From positions 96,001-160,000 of the forward strand of contig QMVG01000001.1 of NCBI GenBank assembly GCA_003660975.1: a stretch of DNA of 64,000 nt. Direction: 5' to 3'. This document shows positions 58,355 to 64,000 of this stretch, in pieces. A program made the translations under genes and the position numbers. The stretch is from Candidatus Micrarchaeota archaeon (GTDB taxonomy: Archaea > B1Sed10-29 > B47-G15). How positions within the stretch are numbered: position 1 is the stretch's first letter; each line of letters begins with the position of its first letter. Under the pieces are notes generated by a model, which was not told the DNA's origin, made no database searches, and saw only the letters and a program-made list of their open reading frames with translations.

Positions 58355-58545
58355 GTTAATATAGAGAACAAACTAATATTTATTATTGGCTTAAACAGGA
58401 AGTTGTATGGAAGGTCTTAGGGAAGCCAAGTTGGTGATCCTATCATAGATTATGGGAATAAGAAATGGTGGCTAGAATAAATTGATAGTCTTTAGTGCAT
58501 TCAGAAGTATTAGAAGGTAACACGTTATGTTGGGCCTTATTTGAA

Positions 58546-58938
58546 TTAAAACTCCAACCTAGGTAACTTTATCTTAAAAGGATCAGAGGTCCTTTTAGTT
58601 GATTTCTTTTTTCTTGTTCGCTTGGTCCTCTTACCATAGGTCCCTGCTAATTTCTTTTTTAACGTCTCCAAACTGTCGGTGCCTTGTAATTTATTACATC
58701 TATAACATAGACAGGCTGAATTGGCCAAGGTTGTTGCACCACCCTTAGAGTAAGCTTTTATATGACCAACTTGCATTTCATCGTAATCAATTTTTTTTCC
58801 GCAGGCCTCGCATCGGCCCTTTGCTCTACGGTAAAGAATTTGCCTATCTCTTATTCCTAAAGTTCTTTTACGTTTTTTAGGGGAGCCCCAGAGCATAGCA
58901 TCGAAAGATTCCATACCTACATTAATTCTTCTTGTCAT
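58546..58938 (-). CDS. Stand-alone HNH endonuclease
   Basis: RCEACG...VGHI...SKGG....NSACLCYRCN..G; start codon uncertain. Confidence 0.85.
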   Translation of the reverse strand: MTRRINVGMESFDAMLWGSPKKRKRTLGIRDRQILYRRAKGRCEACGKKIDYDEMQVGHIKAYSKGGATTLANSACLCYRCNKLQGTDSLETLKKKLAGTYGKRTKRTRKKKSTKRTSDPFKIKLPRLEF

Positions 58939-59129
58939 ATAAATTACCTTATCGCTTATCTTATGGGGGTATTTTTTATTTAAAGTTTTCTTAACTTCCA
59001 AAGGTAGAGGTCGCGTGTGAGGTTATCTAACCGTCAAAAAGCTGACTAAATATGGCTTCTGTTCTTATCGATAAGATTGTGGGTTCCAAAACAGGAATCT
59101 TTTTATTTAGGTTCTACTTCTTTTAGCTT

Positions 59130-59723
59130 ATGAAATTAAGTAAGGTATTTGATGAATGCATTGCTTCGTTCGCAAAGCCACGGGAAACAGCAAAAAGGCT
59201 GGCAAAAGCAGAATTTGCAGATGGAGTTAAAGCTGTCATACTGGGAAGCTTAGTAGCTGCAGCAATTCTTGCTTTGCTGTCCCTAACAGTGATAAGCTTT
59301 TTCAGCAGCGCTATACTGGGCATGCCTCTAATTGGAGCTGGCGCAAACCAGTTTCTGCTGATGTTTGGAGGCCTTGCAGCGCTTGGTCTATTCATAGTAA
59401 TGCCAGTGATGACAATAATCTTATGGGTGATCTACACACTTATCGTGTGGGTTGTCGCAAAGATACTCGGAGGAAAGGGAGAGTACAGCACTTTTGCAGC
59501 AGCATGGGCGTTTCCAACAGCAGTGTTGATAGCGTTATCTTGGGTTCCAGTAGTGAACCTTATTCTGTTAATATACGCTATATACCTGCTGTATGTCTTC
59601 CTGCAACCAACCATGAAGATGGATTCAGATAAAGCGGCGCTGACAGTGATATTAACAATAATAGTCTGGATAGTACTAGCAGTAATAACAGGCAGTGGCT
59701 TTGTTATAGGAGCAATGCCTTAA
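59130..59723 (+). CDS. Yip1-family membrane protein
   Basis: P.ET, AKILGGKG.Y, P....WVP, several TM helices. Confidence 0.8.
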   Translation: MKLSKVFDECIASFAKPRETAKRLAKAEFADGVKAVILGSLVAAAILALLSLTVISFFSSAILGMPLIGAGANQFLLMFGGLAALGLFIVMPVMTIILWVIYTLIVWVVAKILGGKGEYSTFAAAWAFPTAVLIALSWVPVVNLILLIYAIYLLYVFLQPTMKMDSDKAALTVILTIIVWIVLAVITGSGFVIGAMP

Positions 59724-59733
59724 AAGAAGAAAA

Positions 59734-59964
59734 TCACTTGGACGACATCCTTTTCTTTATTTTATTAATGTTAGCCATAAGCTTCTCCCTGTCTTCTCTT
59801 GTCATAGATTGAAGAATTTCTGGCCTTTCCCCTATCATTTTCTCTATGTTCTCTAACATTACAGCTGTAAGCTTATCTGCCTCGTCTATAACTTGCTGTG
59901 CATCTGATATAAGTTTTTTGCTTTCTTCTATCTCCCTCTTTAACTTTTCTGCTTTGTCTTCCAT
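59734..59964 (-). CDS. Hypothetical coiled-coil protein
   Basis: MEDKAEKLKREIEES...; host-like composition. Confidence 0.55.
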   Translation of the reverse strand: MEDKAEKLKREIEESKKLISDAQQVIDEADKLTAVMLENIEKMIGERPEILQSMTREDREKLMANINKIKKRMSSK

Positions 59965-60024
59965 AATTGTTTTAAGCTCTGTCTTTATAAAAGCTTTATT
60001 AATGCTGCCTTTCAAAACAAAGTT

Positions 60025-60966
60025 ATGGAAAAAGAGGTTCTCCTAGATAAAGCCTTTAAAGAAGCTGCGAAAAAAGCAAAAGCGGTCAAAAGTTCTGAAA
60101 AGAGAGAAAAGCACATAAAGGCCGATCTTTCCCGACTTGACATTAGCAGTTCAATCATAACTTCTTATCTGAATTCTTTAATCAAGGCATATAAAGAGAT
60201 AAGAAAGCTTGACAGGTTTAGCAAGGAACTACTTAAAACAGACGTGGATTACGAGAAAGTAAAGCTAGAGTATAGGGGTGTTAAGGCAAGCTTGAGGATA
60301 ATTAAGAGATTAACCGTGAATTACAGGATGAGAATAAAGTACAGCGATGACAGGAGGGAATCAAACAAACTGAGAAAAGAGTTTTACGGTAGGCTTGCTT
60401 CAGTAGTCAAGAGATTGAAATATGAAGAATTGGAACGCTTTATTAAGGGAAGAAGAAAGCTTCCCCACATAAGGAAGGATGTTGACACCATAATAATTGC
60501 TGGCGCACCAAACGTGGGCAAATCCCTAATTCTTAAGCAGTTAAGTGGAAGTAGAGTACAGGTAAATGAATACCCGTTTACAACAAAGAAGATTTTGATA
60601 GGATATATGAGAAAAGGTTATGAAGACATTCAACTTATTGATACTCCTGGCTTACTTGACAGACCTATGGAAAAAAGAAACAAAATAGAAAAAAAAGCCA
60701 TACTTGCCCTAAAATTTTTGTCAAAGGATGTGGTCTTTGTTATCGACTACTCAGAAAGTTGCGGTTACAGTGTAGAGCAGCAGTTAAAATTACTGGATGA
60801 AATCAAAAAGCTATTTAAGGCGAGGGTTTTGCTTGTAGCAACCCATAGGGATTTAAAGCACAAGAAAGTCAAAGTAGATATAGAAATCAATGCAAAAGAT
60901 AAGAAAGACATAGAAAAATTGAAAAAACAGATATTACTTTATTTTTATGGGTGGGATAGAAATTAA
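60025..60966 (+). CDS. NOG1-family GTPase
   Basis: RKEFYGR..S, AGAPNVGKS, YPFTTK, IDTPGLLDRP...RN.IE. Confidence 0.92.
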   Translation: MEKEVLLDKAFKEAAKKAKAVKSSEKREKHIKADLSRLDISSSIITSYLNSLIKAYKEIRKLDRFSKELLKTDVDYEKVKLEYRGVKASLRIIKRLTVNYRMRIKYSDDRRESNKLRKEFYGRLASVVKRLKYEELERFIKGRRKLPHIRKDVDTIIIAGAPNVGKSLILKQLSGSRVQVNEYPFTTKKILIGYMRKGYEDIQLIDTPGLLDRPMEKRNKIEKKAILALKFLSKDVVFVIDYSESCGYSVEQQLKLLDEIKKLFKARVLLVATHRDLKHKKVKVDIEINAKDKKDIEKLKKQILLYFYGWDRN

Positions 60967-60978
60967 GGAGAGGATATT

Positions 60979-61254
60979 ATGGTAGATGTGGCAAAGGAGA
61001 TAAGAGATGTAAAAGCGCTAATGTTGCCAATTACAGAAGACAACACAGTGCCAAAGAATATTAGAAGGGTTGTTTCTGAGGCCTCTGATAAGCTATCAGA
61101 AGACAGTGATGACATAAGCGTCAACATAGCTACAGCAATATACATGCTTGATGAGATTTCAAATGACATAAATATGCCATCACATACGAGAACCCAGATT
61201 TGGAATATAATCTCTAATCTGGAAAAACTAAAAGACGATTTAGAAAAAAAGTGA
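60979..61254 (+). CDS. UPF0147 family protein
   Basis: D.TVPKNIRR, LDEISND.NMPSHTRTQIWNI.S.LE. Confidence 0.9.
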   Translation: MVDVAKEIRDVKALMLPITEDNTVPKNIRRVVSEASDKLSEDSDDISVNIATAIYMLDEISNDINMPSHTRTQIWNIISNLEKLKDDLEKK

Positions 61255-61258
61255 GCTC

Positions 61259-62293
61259 ATGGATGTTGAAGAAAGATTAAAGCTTATATCTAAGCTCCCT
61301 GTGGAAGAAGTGATAACTGTAAGTGAGCTCAGGGAATTGCTGGAAAGGAAAGACAAGGTTATCGCTTATGACGGCTTTGAGCCTTCAGGCATGGCTCACC
61401 TAGCCGCAGGTTTAATGAGGGCTCAGAAAATAATGGACTTACAGCAAGCAGGCATAAAATTTAAGATACTAATTGCTGATTGGCATGCGTGGATAAACAA
61501 TAAGATGGGTGGCGACTTGGAGAAAATAAGAAAAGCAGGGGAATATTTGATAAAAGTGTGGGAATCCTTAGGTGTTGACAGAAAAAAAGTTGAGCTCGTT
61601 TGGGCCAGCCAACTTGTCGATGACTCTGATTATTGGAAGACAGTTATAGAGGTTGGAAAGCACAGCACATTAAAAAGAATGATGAGGGCTATCACAATAA
61701 TGGGAAGAAAAGAGGGAGAATTAAGCGATGCTGCTCAACTGTTTTATCCAGCAATGCAGGTGGCTGATATATTCCACCTTAATGTAGACATATGCCAACT
61801 CGGTATGGACCAGCGAAAGGCAAATATGTTGGCAAGGGAGGTAGGACCAAAAATCGGCTTCTGGAAACCAGTTGTGGTCAGCCACCATTTGATTATGGGC
61901 CTTCAAGGGCCTTCAAGGATGGATATGGACTTAAAGATGAGCAAGAGCAAACCTGATTCTGCTATATTTGTTCATGACAGTCCTGATGAAATACGAGCAA
62001 AACTGAGGAAGGCGCACTGTCCTGAGAAGGAAGTAAAAAACAATCCGATAATGGAGTACTTCAAATACATCATCTTCAGGGGAGATGAAAAAGAGATAAA
62101 AATAGAGAGACCTGATAAGTTTGGCGGTGAAATAACTGTTAGCAGTTATGAAGAGTTAGAGGGTTTGTATAAGCAAGGCAAAATTCACCCTCTTGACCTG
62201 AAAAACAGCCTAGCTGAGATTCTTATAAAGATGTTAGAACCATGCCGAAAGAGAATAAAAGAAAGCGATTTGGCTGTTTTTAAAAGTGCTTAA
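61259..62293 (+). CDS. tyrS: Tyrosyl-tRNA synthetase
   Basis: YDGFEPSG, ADWHAWIN, YPAMQVAD, QLGMDQRK, KMSKS. Confidence 0.96.
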   Translation: MDVEERLKLISKLPVEEVITVSELRELLERKDKVIAYDGFEPSGMAHLAAGLMRAQKIMDLQQAGIKFKILIADWHAWINNKMGGDLEKIRKAGEYLIKVWESLGVDRKKVELVWASQLVDDSDYWKTVIEVGKHSTLKRMMRAITIMGRKEGELSDAAQLFYPAMQVADIFHLNVDICQLGMDQRKANMLAREVGPKIGFWKPVVVSHHLIMGLQGPSRMDMDLKMSKSKPDSAIFVHDSPDEIRAKLRKAHCPEKEVKNNPIMEYFKYIIFRGDEKEIKIERPDKFGGEITVSSYEELEGLYKQGKIHPLDLKNSLAEILIKMLEPCRKRIKESDLAVFKSA

Positions 62294-62383
62294 CAAAAAA
62301 TTTTTATTATATGTTCTGCAGAATATACCTTGCGTAGTGAAGGGTTCTTTGTCTAAGAAGAGCTCCAAGTAAGCCCCTATAAG

Positions 62384-63877
62384 GTGAGATGCTTGGAAGC
62401 TGAGGATATTGTTAAAGAATTAGAAGAAAAAGGTTTTCTTATAAGCCCCAGAACGTTAAAGCTGATTCTAAATGCCGAAAACCCCAGAGAGGTGGCTGAC
62501 AAATTAATAGAGCAGGCCGACGGCTTTGTGATAGACGTAGCTGAGTTAGAGAGCTTGGAAAAAACGAAGGTGGAGAGCAAAAAGGAGGTAATTGTGGAGA
62601 AAACACTGTTCCACGCAATTGCAAAGGATATAGAGGCAGATATCAAGCTAATTGAAAAAGAGGTTCAGACAGGAGAGGGGACTGTTGAGGATTTTGTCCA
62701 ATATTTCAGAAACAGGTATGAAAAAATATCTGCGATGCTGAGAAAAAGAGCTGTGCCTATAACCCGGCTTTTAGATGTAAGAGAAAAAAGTAATGGGAAG
62801 GTCAGGGTTATAGGGATGTTATCTGAGAAAAGACTAACAAAGAACGGGCACGTATTTATCAGGCTGGAAGATTTGGTAACAAGCATAAACGCTCTTGTCC
62901 CTGCAAACAACAGGGAATTGATAGCAAAAGCAGAGAGGCTTATGCTTGATGAAGTCGCTGCTTTTGATGGAAGAATGAGCAATGGTCTTTTCATAATAAA
63001 TGAAATAATAGAGCCAGATATTGAAAGCATGAGAACTGTAAAGACTATTGATGATGACATCATATTTGCTATGCTATCTGATTTGCATATAGGAAGCAAG
63101 CTTTTCATGAAAGACAACTTTGGCCATATGCTAAATTGGTTGAAAGGAAGAGTGGGAAGCGAGAAAGACAAACAAATTGCTTCAAGAGTCAAATACATAA
63201 CTATTGCTGGAGACATATGCGATGGGATTGGCATATACCCTGGGCAAGAAAACGAATTGGAGATAACTGATATATACAAACAGTATGAAGTGCTTGAACA
63301 GTATCTCGTTGAGGAAATTCCAGAATATATCCACGTTGTGTTAATCCCAGGCAACCATGACGCTGTTAGGAATGCAGATCCACAACCCAAGTTGCCAAAA
63401 GAATTGGTTCCGAGATTATACGAAGCTGAGAACGTACACCTTCTTGGCAGCCCAGGATGGGCAGAGCTACACGGCTTCAAGCTTTTACTGTATCACGGCA
63501 CTTCCCTGGCTGATTTCGTTTCTCAACTGCCCCATGTAACTTTTGAAAAGCCAGAGTTGTTTATGGAAGAGGCCTTAAAGAAAAGGCATGTTCACCCATA
63601 TTTTGGGGGAAAGCCTGTAATTCCTCAGAATGAGGATATAATGGTAATAGAGGAGACGCCAGACATATTTCACACAGGAGAGGCACATCACAATGCCTAC
63701 TGTGTTTACAGGGGCACAGTTTGTATTTCTTCTGGGACTTGGCAAGAGACAACAGAATATCAAACAAAACAAGGGCACAAAGCTACGCCTGCCATACTTC
63801 CCATATTTGAGGCCAAAACAGGCAGAATAAAATCCATCCACTTTGATAGGGAATTTAGCGTGGAGGTAGTAAAGTGA
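62384..63877 (+). CDS. polB: DNA polymerase D small subunit DP1
   Basis: OB fold, SDLHIGS, AGD..DG.GIYPGQ, PGNHD, YHG. Confidence 0.94.
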   Translation: MRCLEAEDIVKELEEKGFLISPRTLKLILNAENPREVADKLIEQADGFVIDVAELESLEKTKVESKKEVIVEKTLFHAIAKDIEADIKLIEKEVQTGEGTVEDFVQYFRNRYEKISAMLRKRAVPITRLLDVREKSNGKVRVIGMLSEKRLTKNGHVFIRLEDLVTSINALVPANNRELIAKAERLMLDEVAAFDGRMSNGLFIINEIIEPDIESMRTVKTIDDDIIFAMLSDLHIGSKLFMKDNFGHMLNWLKGRVGSEKDKQIASRVKYITIAGDICDGIGIYPGQENELEITDIYKQYEVLEQYLVEEIPEYIHVVLIPGNHDAVRNADPQPKLPKELVPRLYEAENVHLLGSPGWAELHGFKLLLYHGTSLADFVSQLPHVTFEKPELFMEEALKKRHVHPYFGGKPVIPQNEDIMVIEETPDIFHTGEAHHNAYCVYRGTVCISSGTWQETTEYQTKQGHKATPAILPIFEAKTGRIKSIHFDREFSVEVVK

Positions 63878-64000
63878 ATCCTGAAAAATACTTTGAAAAT
63901 TTACTTGGCTCTGTAAAGCAGCTGTATGAGATAGGAGAAAAAGCAAGAAGCAGGGGTTTAGACCCTGAAATGCATGTGGAGATACCTCCTGCAGAAGACC
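63874..64000 (+). CDS. polC: DNA polymerase D large subunit DP2, N-terminus (3' truncated by window)
   Basis: Translated by hand: MNPEKYFENLLGSVKQLYEIGEKARSRGLDPEMHVEIPPAED; overlaps the DP1 stop. Confidence 0.88.
   Translation, partial: MNPEKYFENLLGSVKQLYEIGEKARSRGLDPEMHVEIPPAED

Noticed and set aside
58998-59090. tRNA-like fragments (GAGGTCGCGTGT, ATTGTGGGTTC) as an att site
   Set aside because: No complete T-arm or acceptor pairing; too degenerate to support

Overview
Archaeal chromosomal window, probably from a streamlined DPANN-type lineage (inferred from gene content, compactness and divergence, not proven). About 35 kb is the conserved translation/transcription superoperon: EF-1a, S10, archease-RtcB, the L3-S10/spc/alpha r-protein clusters, secY, adk, cmk, cbf5, rpoD/N/E, eno, gltX, ndk, aIF5B, aIF2-gamma and kae1. 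It is followed by cdc6, lipid genes, an ABC exporter, two archaellin genes, secDF, tRNA-modification genes, tyrS and PolD. Four tRNAs are present: Ser-TGA, Leu-GAG, Pro-GGG (with a 40-nt T-loop BHB intron) and Gln-TTG. The most notable region is a 2.67-kb insert between the two archaellin genes. It has an 8-bp target duplication, 20-bp terminal inverted repeats and a decayed transposase C-terminus, and nested inside is a three-gene segment bounded by attC-like sites with the integron-cassette signature GTTATATTC...GAATATAAC. Other oddities are a GluRS lacking its anticodon-binding domain, an rpoD stop codon inside the tRNA-Leu anticodon loop, candidate r-protein leader RNAs, a tandem palindromic repeat upstream of cdc6 and unannotated structured RNAs. 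All calls come from motif recognition by eye; no searches were run.
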